64,000 bases of DNA from an uncultured delta proteobacterium (GTDB lineage Bacteria > Myxococcota_A > Polyangia > Polyangiales > JAFGIB01). Every line of letters starts with the position of its first letter. The stretch's first letter is position 1. Location of the stretch: assembly GCA_963778655.1 (NCBI GenBank), contig CAVZVA010000001.1:1-64000 (forward strand), in the 5' to 3' direction. A program made the translations under genes and the position numbers. Below the pieces are notes generated by a model. It had not been told where the DNA came from and did no database searches. It worked only from the letters and a program-made list of their open reading frames with translations. Below, piece after piece: positions 30,269 through 44,230 of this stretch.

Positions 30269-30274
30269 GTTGTT

Positions 30275-32185
30275 CTAATTGTCCTCGAACTCGGCGTCGA
30301 TGACGTCGTCCTGGTTCTTCTTGTCGGAGGCGGCGGGACCCGCCTGGCCAGCGGGGCCGCCATCCTCGGGCGTGCCGGGCTGTCCGGCTGTGGCGTAGGC
30401 CTGCTGGGCGATCTCGGCCATCAGCTTTTCCAGCTTCTCGCTGCCGCGCGCGATGGCTTCGTGCTCCTGCTTGTCGATCGCCGCGCGCAGCTCCGTGACC
30501 ACCCCGCGCGCCTCGGCCACCTTGTCGGCCGGCAGCTTGTCCTTGCCTTCCTCCAGCGCCTTCTCCACCTGGTAGCACAACTGGTCGGCCCGGTTGCGCT
30601 GCTCGATCTGCTCGCGCCGCTGTTTGTCCTCGGCCTCGTGCTGCTTGCCTTCCTCGACCATCTTGTCGACCTCGTTGTCGGACAAGCCGCTGTTGGCCGT
30701 GATCGTGATCTTCTGGTCCTTGCCCGTGGCCTCGTCGCGCGCCGTCACCGACAGGATCCCGTTGGCGTCGATGTCGAAGGTCACCTTCACCTTGGGCACC
30801 CCTCGCGGCGCCGGCAGGATGCCCTCCAGGTGGAAGCGCCCCAGCGTACGGTTGCTGCGCGCCTCGGCGCGCTCACCCTGCAGCACGTGGATCTCCACCT
30901 TCGTCTGCCCGTCCTCGGCCGTCGAGAAGGTCTCCTCGCGCCGCGTCGGGATGGTGGTGTTGCGCGGGATCAGCGCCGTCATCACCCCGCCCAGCGTCTC
31001 GACCCCCAGCGACAGCGGCGTCACGTCCAGCAGCACCATGTCCTTGACGTCGCCCGACAGCACCCCGGCCTGCACCGCCGCTCCGATCGCCACCACCTCG
31101 TCGGGGTTGACGCCCTTGTGCGGTTCCTTGCCGAAGAACTTCTTGACCGACTCCTGCACCATCGGGATGCGCGTGCTGCCCCCGACCAGCACCACCTCGT
31201 CGATCTCCCCAGGCCGCTTGTTGGCGTCCGCCAGTGCCTTCTTGGTCGGCTCCAGCGTGCGCTGCACCAAGTCCTCGATCATCTGTTCCAGCTTCGCCCG
31301 CGTCAGCTTCAGGTTCAGGTGCTTGGGTCCCGACGCGTCCGCGGTCAGAAACGGCAGGTTGATCGTCGTCTCCAGCTTGCTCGAGAGCTCGATCTTCGCC
31401 TTCTCCGCCGCGTCCTTGAGCCGCTGGACCACCATCTTGTCGCTGCGGACGTCGATCCCCTGGTCCTTCTTGAACTCCGCTACCAGGTAGTCGATCACCC
31501 GGTTGTCCACGTCGTCGCCTCCCAGCGAGGTGTCGCCGTTGGTGCTGATCACCTGCACCACGTTGTCGCTCACCTCCAGGATCGAGATGTCGAACGTGCC
31601 GCCCCCGAAGTCGTAGACCGCGATCACCTCCTCGTTCTTCTTGTCCAACCCGTACGCCAGCGCCGCCGCCGTCGGCTCGTTCACGATGCGCTTGACCTCC
31701 AGCCCCGCGATCTTGCCCGCGTCCTTGGTCGCCTGCCGCTGGCTGTCGTTGAAGTACGCCGGGACCGTGATCACCGCCTCCGTGACCTCTTCCCCCAGGT
31801 AGTTCTCCGCCGCTCGCTTGAGCTTGCGCAGAACGTGTGCGCTCACTTCCGGCGGGCTCACCTGCTTGCCACGCACCTCGAACGCGCAGTCGCCGTTGTC
31901 TCGCCGAACCACCTTGAACGGCACCCGCTTGAAGTCGTCGGGCTGCACCTCGTCGTAGCGCCGTCCGATGAAGCGCTTGGCCGAGTAGATCGTGCCCTCC
32001 GGGTTCGTGATCGCCTGCCGCTTCGCGATCTGACCCGCCAGCACCTCCCCTTGCTCGTCCCACGCCACCACCGACGGCGTGATCCGGTCCCCCTCCTCGT
32101 TGACGATCACCTTGGGCTCCTTGCCCTCCATGATCGCCACCACCGAGTTCGTGGTCCCCAGGTCGATGCCGATGATCTTTCCCAT
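30275..32185 (-). CDS. dnaK: Molecular chaperone DnaK (Hsp70)
   Basis: [51 protein letters not shown]-terminal VIDAEFE; GGAGG RBS. Confidence 0.98.
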   Translation of the reverse strand: MGKIIGIDLGTTNSVVAIMEGKEPKVIVNEEGDRITPSVVAWDEQGEVLAGQIAKRQAITNPEGTIYSAKRFIGRRYDEVQPDDFKRVPFKVVRRDNGDCAFEVRGKQVSPPEVSAHVLRKLKRAAENYLGEEVTEAVITVPAYFNDSQRQATKDAGKIAGLEVKRIVNEPTAAALAYGLDKKNEEVIAVYDFGGGTFDISILEVSDNVVQVISTNGDTSLGGDDVDNRVIDYLVAEFKKDQGIDVRSDKMVVQRLKDAAEKAKIELSSKLETTINLPFLTADASGPKHLNLKLTRAKLEQMIEDLVQRTLEPTKKALADANKRPGEIDEVVLVGGSTRIPMVQESVKKFFGKEPHKGVNPDEVVAIGAAVQAGVLSGDVKDMVLLDVTPLSLGVETLGGVMTALIPRNTTIPTRREETFSTAEDGQTKVEIHVLQGERAEARSNRTLGRFHLEGILPAPRGVPKVKVTFDIDANGILSVTARDEATGKDQKITITANSGLSDNEVDKMVEEGKQHEAEDKQRREQIEQRNRADQLCYQVEKALEEGKDKLPADKVAEARGVVTELRAAIDKQEHEAIARGSEKLEKLMAEIAQQAYATAGQPGTPEDGGPAGQAGPAASDKKNQDDVIDAEFEDN

Positions 32186-32258
32186 GTCTGGCTAGCCTCC
32201 TCGGGCGGCGGTGGCCGCGCGGCACGTCGCACGCAGCCCAGGTGATAGTTTGCGGGCA

Positions 32259-32286
32259 ACATAAGCAGTCCGTTCAGCCCGTCAAG
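32259..32286 (-). promoter_or_regulatory. Candidate dnaK promoter (RpoH-like or sigma70-like)
   Basis: Minus strand CTTG-N17-CTTATGT, also readable as TTGACG-N16-TATGTT. Confidence 0.45.
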
Positions 32287-32406
32287 CCCGTCCCAGGCCG
32301 CCATTTGCCGCTCCGCACCGTTCTCCAACCCCCGGAAAACACAGACAGTTGCCCCGCAAGCCCGGCGCGGCCCCGCCCGGGCCCCGTCCGGCCGGTCGTG
32401 GCCGGC

Positions 32407-33450
32407 TCAGCCGGTGACGCGCCCGATCGCGCCCGAGGCGATCCCGTTGCGCAGCTGGTCCAGATCCTCGGTGCGGCACAGCACGACCAGGGTCTGGCCG
32501 GCCTCGAGCACGAAGTCCGGGCCCGGATTGTAGCTGTAGGAACCGTCGGCCTGGCGCACGGCGAGCACCAGCACGCTGGTCTGGTGGCGGATGGTGGTGT
32601 CGCGCAGACGCGTACCGAGCAGGGTCGAGCCAGCCGGGATCGGCACCTCTTCCACGCGCAGATCCTGGCTGCGCATGCGGTCGAGGAACTGCACCACGCT
32701 GGGCCGCACCAGCTCGCTCGCCAGTCGCATGCCGCCGATGAAGCTCGGCGAGACGGTAGAGTCGGCGCCCGCGCGCCGCAGCTTGGTCTCGGCGCTGTCT
32801 TCGGTCACCTTGGCGACGATGCGCAGGTTGGGGTTGAGCGCGCGCGCGGTGATCGACACAAACACGTTGTCCTTGTCGTCGCGCAAAGTGGCCGCCAGAC
32901 CCTTGGCGCGGCCGACCCCGGCCTGCTCGAGCACGCTGTCTACAGTGGCATCGCCGTCGACGTAGAGCATGGCCGGGCCGAGCTGCTCGGCCACGGCCTG
33001 CAGTCGCTCGCGATTGGTGTCGATCACGACGAAGGGCGCCTTGCTGGCCAACAGCTCGGCCACCACGTGGATGCCCGTGGCGCCCACCCCGACGACGATG
33101 AAATGGCCCTTGAGCTGATCGATTGCCTTCTGCATGCGTCTTCTCCGCAATACGCCCTGGATGTCACCCTCGACGATGAACGCCGTGAGGCTGGAGACGA
33201 AGAACAGCAGTGTGCCGCTGCCGAGCAGGATCAACGTCAGGGTCCAGCCGCGCGCGCCGGGCACCGCGCCCATGTCCGGCAGCACCTCGCCGAAGCCCAC
33301 GGTCGAGAGCGTAATGATGGTCATGTAGAGGCAGTCGCCCCAGCCCCAGCGCCCCGCGCCCAGCACGTGATAGCCGCCGGCGCCCACCGCCGCGACCAGC
33401 AACAGGGAAATCCCGGCCGCCGCCAGCTGGCGACCGATCTCGGCCCGCAT
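32407..33450 (-). CDS. Two-TM potassium channel with RCK (TrkA-N/C) domains
   Basis: Filter TLSTVGFGE; GHFIVVGVGATG; GDAT; TrkA-C VLVLAVR...NPGPD. Confidence 0.92.
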   Translation of the reverse strand: MRAEIGRQLAAAGISLLLVAAVGAGGYHVLGAGRWGWGDCLYMTIITLSTVGFGEVLPDMGAVPGARGWTLTLILLGSGTLLFFVSSLTAFIVEGDIQGVLRRRRMQKAIDQLKGHFIVVGVGATGIHVVAELLASKAPFVVIDTNRERLQAVAEQLGPAMLYVDGDATVDSVLEQAGVGRAKGLAATLRDDKDNVFVSITARALNPNLRIVAKVTEDSAETKLRRAGADSTVSPSFIGGMRLASELVRPSVVQFLDRMRSQDLRVEEVPIPAGSTLLGTRLRDTTIRHQTSVLVLAVRQADGSYSYNPGPDFVLEAGQTLVVLCRTEDLDQLRNGIASGAIGRVTG

Positions 33451-33559
33451 CCCTACTTTCGTCACGCGGCGTATGGCACGTTGGAGCGCGCGCGATGTCA
33501 ATGGGCGTCGGATTGGCGGTTGACCGCCGCGCCCGGGCCGGGCACACAGGGGCACCGCC

Positions 33560-35098
33560 GTGACCCGTACAGCCGAAACCAACAACGGTCCCGCCCACGG
33601 CGAGCGGCGCGCCGGCCGAGGCGTGCTCTCGATCACCTCGGCCAAGCTGTACTTCATTGTCACCGGCTATGCGGTGCAGCTGCTGCTGCCGCGCCTGCTC
33701 AAGACCCCGGAGGCGTTCGGCCTGTACTCCTCGGCCATGAACGTGGTGTCGATCCTGAACAACGTGCTGATCGCCGCCACCGTCCAGACCGTGAGCAAGC
33801 ACGTCAGCGCCGACCTCGAGCATGCCGACGCGACCCTGCGCCAGGGGCTGCTGCTGCAAGCCGTCATCGGGACCCTGCTCGGCGGCTCGCTATGGGCGCT
33901 GGCGCCGGCGCTGGCGGGGCGCGTGCTGCTCGATCCGCTGCTGGCGCCGCTACTCGCCGCCGCCGCGGTAGTGGTGTTCTGCTACGCGTCCTATGCGGCG
34001 CTGATCGGCGCGCTCAATGGACGCCAGCGCTTCGCGCAGCAGGCCGCGCTCGACGCGACCTACACCACGCTGCGTTCGGGGCTGGTGCTGAGCGCGGCCG
34101 CGCTCGGCTTCGGTGCGCTCGGCGCGATCGTGGGCTTCGCCTCGGCCGCGGTCTGCGTGCTGCTGCTGGCGCTGTGGGTGGTCGGCACCGGGCGCAGCGG
34201 CTCGCGCGTGCCGTGGAAGCGCTGGCTGCTGTTCATGGCCCCGCTGTGGATCTACCAGCTGTGCCTGAACCTGACCATGCAGGTCGACCTGAGCGTGCTC
34301 AAGGGCAGCGTGGCCGCACTGAGCCTCGAGGCGGGCCAGCTCGCACAGGACGCCGCCGCCCTGGCCTCGCGCATGGCTGGCTTCTATCGCGCGGCGCAGA
34401 CCTTCGCGTTCGTGCCCTACCAGCTCATCCTCTCAGTTACGTTCGTGGTGTTTCCGATGGTCTCGCAAGCGGTGAGCGAGGGCGACCACGCGGCCAGTCA
34501 GCGCTACATCCGCGGCTCGATGCGCTTCTCGCTGCTGGTGCTGCTGGCGGTGGCCGCGCCGATCAGCGGCGCGGCCAGCGGCGTGTTGCGGGTGGCCTAC
34601 CCCGACGTGTACCTGGCCGGCTCGGAGGCGCTCGCGGTGTTGCCGCTGGGGATGGTGTGCTTCGCCCTGTTCGTGGTGGGCTCGACCATCGTCAGCGGCG
34701 CCGGGCGCCCGGGGCTGGCCGCCGTGATCGCGTTGATCACGGTGGTGCTGGTGGTGGGCTGCAACCTGGTGTTCATCCGCGCGGCCGGGGTCGGCGCGCA
34801 CACCTTGCTGGCGGCGGCCTGCGGCACCACGCTGGGCGCCGTCTTCGCGTTGGTCGCCGTGGGTCTGGCGCTGCACGAGCGCTTCGGTGCCTTCATCGCA
34901 CCGCGCACCGCCGTGCGCGCGCTGGCCGCGGCCGCTCTCGGCTGGACGGTCGCGCACCTGCTGCCCAGCCACAGCGCGTTGCTCGCGCTGCGCGCGCTGG
35001 TCGCCGGCGGCTTGAGCTACGTGCTGGCGCTGATCGTCACCCGCGAGCTGGGCAGCGCCGACTTCGCGCTGCTGCGCGGAATCGCACGCCGGGGCTAG
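33560..35098 (+). CDS. MOP-superfamily flippase (Wzx/SpoVB/MurJ-like)
   Basis: About 14 hydrophobic segments; L.RLL..PE.FGLY; AGFYRAAQTF; FPMVS. Confidence 0.8.
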   Translation: MTRTAETNNGPAHGERRAGRGVLSITSAKLYFIVTGYAVQLLLPRLLKTPEAFGLYSSAMNVVSILNNVLIAATVQTVSKHVSADLEHADATLRQGLLLQAVIGTLLGGSLWALAPALAGRVLLDPLLAPLLAAAAVVVFCYASYAALIGALNGRQRFAQQAALDATYTTLRSGLVLSAAALGFGALGAIVGFASAAVCVLLLALWVVGTGRSGSRVPWKRWLLFMAPLWIYQLCLNLTMQVDLSVLKGSVAALSLEAGQLAQDAAALASRMAGFYRAAQTFAFVPYQLILSVTFVVFPMVSQAVSEGDHAASQRYIRGSMRFSLLVLLAVAAPISGAASGVLRVAYPDVYLAGSEALAVLPLGMVCFALFVVGSTIVSGAGRPGLAAVIALITVVLVVGCNLVFIRAAGVGAHTLLAAACGTTLGAVFALVAVGLALHERFGAFIAPRTAVRALAAAALGWTVAHLLPSHSALLALRALVAGGLSYVLALIVTRELGSADFALLRGIARRG

Positions 35099-35119
35099 TC
35101 GCGAGCCTTCCGCTCAACC

Positions 35120-35187
35120 ATTCATGGCGGGATGGCAAGACGGCAAGCATCGACGCGCGGTGGCCTTCCCGTCTTCCGGTTGAATCC
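35120..35187. repeat. GGGAAG-family repeat, copy 4 (degenerate)
   Basis: ATTCA...GGCAAGACGGCAAG ... CTTCCCGTCTTCCGGTTGAATCC. Confidence 0.6.
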
Positions 35188-35337
35188 CCTGTTGCCTGCG
35201 GCAAGGCAATTATGAGCGCGCGCTCGACCCCCAAGCTTGCGTAGCCGAGTGTTCGGCGCGCGCGGCGACCTGCTGCACGCGCGCATGCGCACATCGACGG
35301 CGCGCCGCGCCCGGAGTAGACCACGATACAGGGCGAG

Positions 35338-35802
35338 GTGAACGACGTGGCGAGACCGATGTCGCGCACGCAGCAACGCATGATGCGCGTGCTGGCCAAG
35401 CTGGCAGGCGGCTTTCACGTCTGGCTGTACCGCGCGAGCGACGGCCGGCTCGGCGGCTCGTTTCCCGGCGGCGCGCCGGTGCTGCTGCTGACCACGCGCG
35501 GGCGCAAGTCGGGCAAGCCGCGCACCTCGCCGCTGCTGTTCGTGCGCGACGGCGACAAGCTGGTGGTGGTCGCCTCCAAGGGCGGCGCGCCGAGCCATCC
35601 GGCCTGGTATCTGAACCTGAGTGCCAATCCCGAGGTCGAGGCCCAGCTCGGCGGCGAGCGGCACAAGATGCTCGCACAGACCGCAAGCGCGGAGCAGAAG
35701 GCCAATTACTGGCCGCGCCTGCGCGCTGTCTATCCCGGCTACCGGGACTATCAGGACCGCACCAAGCGCGACATCCCGGTGGTGATCCTGCGCCCGGCGT
35801 GA
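35338..35802 (+). CDS. Deazaflavin (F420)-dependent nitroreductase family protein (Ddn/FDOR-A-like)
   Basis: LLLTTRGRKSGKPRTSPL, VASKGGAPSHPAWYLNLSANP, YQDRTKRDIPVVIL. Confidence 0.9.
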   Translation: MNDVARPMSRTQQRMMRVLAKLAGGFHVWLYRASDGRLGGSFPGGAPVLLLTTRGRKSGKPRTSPLLFVRDGDKLVVVASKGGAPSHPAWYLNLSANPEVEAQLGGERHKMLAQTASAEQKANYWPRLRAVYPGYRDYQDRTKRDIPVVILRPA

Positions 35803-35840
35803 GCTTGCAGGACGCTCGCGCAGAACGCGCGTAAGGCGGG

Positions 35841-36500
35841 CTACTCGGGGTCGAGCTTGGCGCCGGGCAGCACGCGCGGCGGTCCGAGGGTCGCCTCGCG
35901 GCGTTCGGGCTCGGAGCGCACGACCATCAGCGTCTGGCGGGCGGCACCGTCGCCGCCGCGCTCGCGCAGGAGCGCGTCCGACTGGTAGTCCAGCTTGCTC
36001 TTGCCGTCGGCAAGCAAGCGCACACGGTGCGGGTACTCGGTCCAGGTGCGCCAGCCGTCGCTCGAGCAAAACACGCTGCGCGCGAGCAGCCACGCGCTGA
36101 GCCTGGTGCCGAAGGCGTTGGCCGCGGGCTCGATGCTGAGCGGATTGGCGATGCAGCGGAAGCGGCTGCCGGGCGGCATGGCGAGCTCCACGGCCTCGCA
36201 CGCAGGCAGCGGCTGCCACACGGGCGTCTTCCTCTGATGCGGCGCGTACTGCTCCACGAAAACGCGCCAGGTTTGCGCGGTGAGGTCCGGCGGCTCGACG
36301 GAGATCGCGGGCTTGCCCTTGGAGCGCCACGCCTGCGGCGCGACGAATGCCTTGGTCGGGGGCGCAAGCGACGGCGCGGGCTGCAGCGCGGGCGCAGGCG
36401 CGTGATCGGCACGCGCGGGCAGGCGGGTGTTCGAACAGCCGCCGCAGGCCACGAGCACAGCCAGCTGGGGCGAGAGCGCCAGAGCTACGCGCGGTGCCAA
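35841..36500 (-). CDS. Hypothetical lipoprotein
   Basis: C-terminal part of ORF 35841..37763; hydrophobic leader then VACGGC; globular domain with Cys pairs. TTG start is a guess. Confidence 0.5.
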   Translation of the reverse strand: MAPRVALALSPQLAVLVACGGCSNTRLPARADHAPAPALQPAPSLAPPTKAFVAPQAWRSKGKPAISVEPPDLTAQTWRVFVEQYAPHQRKTPVWQPLPACEAVELAMPPGSRFRCIANPLSIEPAANAFGTRLSAWLLARSVFCSSDGWRTWTEYPHRVRLLADGKSKLDYQSDALLRERGGDGAARQTLMVVRSEPERREATLGPPRVLPGAKLDPE

Positions 36501-36508
36501 CGCCCTGC

Positions 36509-38137
36509 CTACTGCACTTTCAGGACCGTGAGCGTGTTGCCGGCGACGCCGGTCGCCCAAGTGAGGCCTTCGCCGAAGGCGACTCGGCCGTTGGCGATCG
36601 TCACCGTGCCCGCCACCGTGCCGCCGTTGGAGGGAAGCGTCTTGAGAATGGCGCCGATATCGGTATCGAACACGACCAGGTTGGCCCCCGAGCCCACAAA
36701 GCCCACGCCATTGGCCACGCTGGTGCGCCCGTAGACCGGACCCGGCAGCGGAGTCATCCAGCCGATGTCCCCGGTGGCGCCGTCGAGCCCGAACATGGTG
36801 GAGGCGCCGTTCGCGTTGCAGGCGAACAGCATGTACTTCCCCGACCAGGCGCCGTTGACGAAGATGCCCACTTGCCCGTCGCGCGTGTTGTTGCCTTCGC
36901 ACAGCTTGCGCGTCCAGATCAGCTTGCCGGTCGCACGATCGACTGCATGCGCCTCGCCGGTCTTCTGTCCCGACGACACCAGCTTGGTCATGACGCCGTC
37001 GACCATCGCCTCGTACAGCACGGGATTGGCACCGAAGTCTGCATCCGGCGAGTTGAAGTCGGTCGAGTTCCAGGTATCGCCCATCGTGCGCTGGTTCTTC
37101 CACTGGATGTCGCCGGTGGCGAAATCGAACGCGACGAACGCATCGGAGCTGTCGGTGGCGGGCATGGTGTGATTGTTGCCGGTGGTGCCGAACGCCATTC
37201 CGTCGGCCACGTCGGCCGCAGCCGACGACCATAGCGAGGCGCCCGTCGAGCCCGAGGGCACCGTGTAGCCGACCCACGCGACCTTCCCGCTGCGCTTGTC
37301 GAGCTTCGCGAGGAAACCGCGAAAGGTCGACAAGCCGGAGACTTCTGCGCCGCCCGAGGAACCGCCGATGAGCACGAAGTCTCCCGCGATCACCGGAGAG
37401 GACGAGCCGTCCCCGGCCTGGGTGTCGGGTGGCTGGGACCACTTCTGCATGCCGGTCGTGGCGTCGAGCGCGACCACGGCGCCGAGCTGGGTGTAGAGGT
37501 AGAGCGTGCCCTGGTCGTACGCCATCGAGCCGGTGGTGCCGGTCGGATTGTTCCACAGCTCCTTGCCGGATGCGTCCAGCGCCTTGATGCCCGCCCCCGA
37601 CGAGGCGTAGATCGTGTCTCCCACCTGCAGGGGCGCCCCATAGACGTTGGTGCCCAAGTTGACCTGCCAAGCGATGGTGAGGCTCGCCGCGTTCTGCTTG
37701 GTAAGGACGCGCTCGGCCGTGTTGTTGTACGACGACGAGGCGTCGTAGCCGATCATGGTCCACTGGCTCAGCGCTCCGTTCGGGCTCTGGCCCTCGCCGC
37801 CCCCGCTGCTGCCGGCGGTGGCGGTCCCGACGCCGGGGGCGCTGCCGCCGCCCGCCGGCGTCGTCGCTCCAGCGCTGCCGGTGGCAGCGGGACCCATGCC
37901 GGGTTGCATCACGGCGCCGCCGCCTTGATTCGAAGGGCCGAGCGCGGCCCCTCCGGTGCCCGCGCCTGGACCCGCGTTGGATTCCGCGGGAGGCGCGCCG
38001 ACCATGGGGCCGCCCGAGCCCGGGCTCGACGAGCAGCCGCTGCCCGCGGGCATCAGCAGCAGCGCGGCCAGCGCCACGCGGCTCGGCGAGCAGACCCGTG
38101 CTTGCAGGTCCGCCGTTCTTGCTTTCGACCTCGTCAT
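36509..38137 (-). CDS. PQQ-binding beta-propeller lipoprotein, polyvinyl-alcohol-dehydrogenase-like
   Basis: Lipobox-like GSGC and Gly-rich linker; ALDATTG..KW, GASLWSSAAAD, GTTGNN, DADFGANPVL, GQKTG...AVDRATGKLIW. Confidence 0.8.
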   Translation of the reverse strand: MTRSKARTADLQARVCSPSRVALAALLLMPAGSGCSSSPGSGGPMVGAPPAESNAGPGAGTGGAALGPSNQGGGAVMQPGMGPAATGSAGATTPAGGGSAPGVGTATAGSSGGGEGQSPNGALSQWTMIGYDASSSYNNTAERVLTKQNAASLTIAWQVNLGTNVYGAPLQVGDTIYASSGAGIKALDASGKELWNNPTGTTGSMAYDQGTLYLYTQLGAVVALDATTGMQKWSQPPDTQAGDGSSSPVIAGDFVLIGGSSGGAEVSGLSTFRGFLAKLDKRSGKVAWVGYTVPSGSTGASLWSSAAADVADGMAFGTTGNNHTMPATDSSDAFVAFDFATGDIQWKNQRTMGDTWNSTDFNSPDADFGANPVLYEAMVDGVMTKLVSSGQKTGEAHAVDRATGKLIWTRKLCEGNNTRDGQVGIFVNGAWSGKYMLFACNANGASTMFGLDGATGDIGWMTPLPGPVYGRTSVANGVGFVGSGANLVVFDTDIGAILKTLPSNGGTVAGTVTIANGRVAFGEGLTWATGVAGNTLTVLKVQ

Positions 38138-38344
38138 CTGCAGCTCACCAGCGGCGCTGCGAGCGCCTGCACGAATGGATGGACCAGCTCGCTCGCAGCT
38201 TGGCGTGAGGCCCAGCGCAGGTCCTTGGCTGCTCTTGGTGGAACTGGGCTGTTTGCTACGCGATGCCGTGCCGATTGCGGCGCGCGCTACGGAGCGTACC
38301 GGATCGGGGGACATCCGAATCGCGCAGCGCGGCGAGCGGCGTGC

Positions 38345-38373
38345 TTGAGACGCTCCGGAGCCGCGACCATACT
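38345..38373 (+). promoter_or_regulatory. sigma70-type promoter for lhr, probably leaderless
   Basis: TTGAGA-N17-CATACT, 6 nt before GTG 38380; no SD. Confidence 0.6.
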
Positions 38374-38379
38374 GCGGCA

Positions 38380-42809
<4,430 letters not shown>

Positions 42810-42941
42810 CCTAGCCCACCTTCGGCGTGGGTCTGGACCCGAAGGATTGCCGGAGCGGCCCAGGCCACGCCCGCGTGGCTGGCTCGGGCAGCCTGCGTAT
42901 GCGAGAGTCAGCTCGGGTTCGGGACATCGGGAGGTGGGGTG

Positions 42942-44105
42942 ATGGGTGCAATAGAACAGCCGCGCTCCGCGGCGATCGCCATGGGGCTGTGCTCGATGCT
43001 GGTGTCGCTGGGCTGCAGCGGCGGCAATAGCGCCTCGAACGCCACGCCGGGGACGTGTACCGGCGCGGCGTGCGCGACGGTCGCCAATCCGATGAACGCC
43101 GCCGCGAGCGCGGGTGCGGTCCAGGACGTGCCGAGCGCACCGGGTGCGAGCACGGGCGCCAGCGTCACGCCGGCCACGCCGCCGGCCAGCGCGACCGGGG
43201 GCACCACCGGCAGCGGTGCGGCCGGCGCGGGCGCGGGCACCGCGGGCGCGATGGCACCCGCGCAGGCGACCATGCCGCCACCGCCGGCCGGCAGCTCGGG
43301 CTGCGACGCGGCCACTTGGCCGCCGGCCGGCACCGACATGCTCGACGTCGGCGGAACGCAGCGCACCTATATCGTCGCGCTGCCTAACGGCTACGACTCG
43401 CACAAGCCCTACAAGCTGATCTTCGCCTGGCACGGACTCGGCGGCAGCGCGCAGCAGATCGCGGGCGGCTTCGCCGGGTTCGGCTACTACGGCCTGCAAT
43501 CGATGGCCGGCGACAGCGCGATCTTCGTCGCTCCTCAGGGCCTCGATACCGGCATCACGCTCACCAACGGCATGCCGGGAAACACCACCGCCGACGGCGG
43601 CACGCCGCCTGCCGGCAGCACCGCGGGCTGGTCCAATACCAACGACCAGGACATCGCCTTCACGCGCGCGATGCTGGACACGCTGCGCGCGAGCTACTGC
43701 GTCGACGACGCGCGCATCTTCTCGGTCGGCATGAGCTTCGGCGGCATCATGTCGAACACGGTCGGCTGCGAGCTCGGCGACGTGTTCCGTGCGATCGCGC
43801 CGATGTCGGGCTCCGGGCCGCGCCAGGGCTTTGGCGCGAGCGCGTGCGCGGGTCAGGTCGCGGCCTGGATCGCGCACGGCAACATGGACATGACGGTGCC
43901 CTTCGCCCAGGGGCAGGCCAGCCGCGACTTCTGGGCGATGGCCAACCACTGCAGCAGCGACACCATGCCGGTCGACCCGACCGGCTGCGTGACCTACCAG
44001 GGCTGCGACGCCGGCTATCCGGTGACCTGGTGCGAATTCGACGGCGGTCACACCATCTGGCAGCCCTCGAGCGCGGCGATCTGGGCCTTCTTCTCGCAGT
44101 TCTGA
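42942..44105 (+). CDS. Lipoprotein alpha/beta-hydrolase (PHB-depolymerase/feruloyl-esterase/LpqC-like)
   Basis: GGAGG RBS; lipobox SLGC; LIFAWHGLGG; GMSFGG nucleophile elbow; HGNMD; FDGGH. Confidence 0.85.
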   Translation: MGAIEQPRSAAIAMGLCSMLVSLGCSGGNSASNATPGTCTGAACATVANPMNAAASAGAVQDVPSAPGASTGASVTPATPPASATGGTTGSGAAGAGAGTAGAMAPAQATMPPPPAGSSGCDAATWPPAGTDMLDVGGTQRTYIVALPNGYDSHKPYKLIFAWHGLGGSAQQIAGGFAGFGYYGLQSMAGDSAIFVAPQGLDTGITLTNGMPGNTTADGGTPPAGSTAGWSNTNDQDIAFTRAMLDTLRASYCVDDARIFSVGMSFGGIMSNTVGCELGDVFRAIAPMSGSGPRQGFGASACAGQVAAWIAHGNMDMTVPFAQGQASRDFWAMANHCSSDTMPVDPTGCVTYQGCDAGYPVTWCEFDGGHTIWQPSSAAIWAFFSQF

Positions 44106-44113
44106 ATAGGAGA

Positions 44114-44188
44114 GGAATCACAGGAAGTCGGGAAGTCGAGCAGCTTCTTGTTCCCGCCTGCCTGTCTTCCTGCCGCAGCTTCTGAACA
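44114..44188. repeat. GGGAAG-family repeat, copy 5 (degenerate)
   Basis: GGAATCACAGGAAGTCGGGAAG ... TTCCCGCCTGCCTGTCTTCCTG between convergent genes. Confidence 0.6.
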
Positions 44189-44230
44189 TCGCCACGCACA
44201 TCGAGGAGGCTCGCGGTGGGCAACTCGAGG

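Noticed and set aside
30461..32245. 594 aa ORF antisense to dnaK
   Set aside because: Long antisense frames opposite Hsp70 genes are a well-known by-product of codon bias; it has no independent motifs.
32242..35244. 1000 aa ORF and many similar Arg/Ala/Pro-rich long ORFs across the window
   Set aside because: Shadow frames expected in very GC-rich DNA; they overlap well-supported genes and lack motifs.
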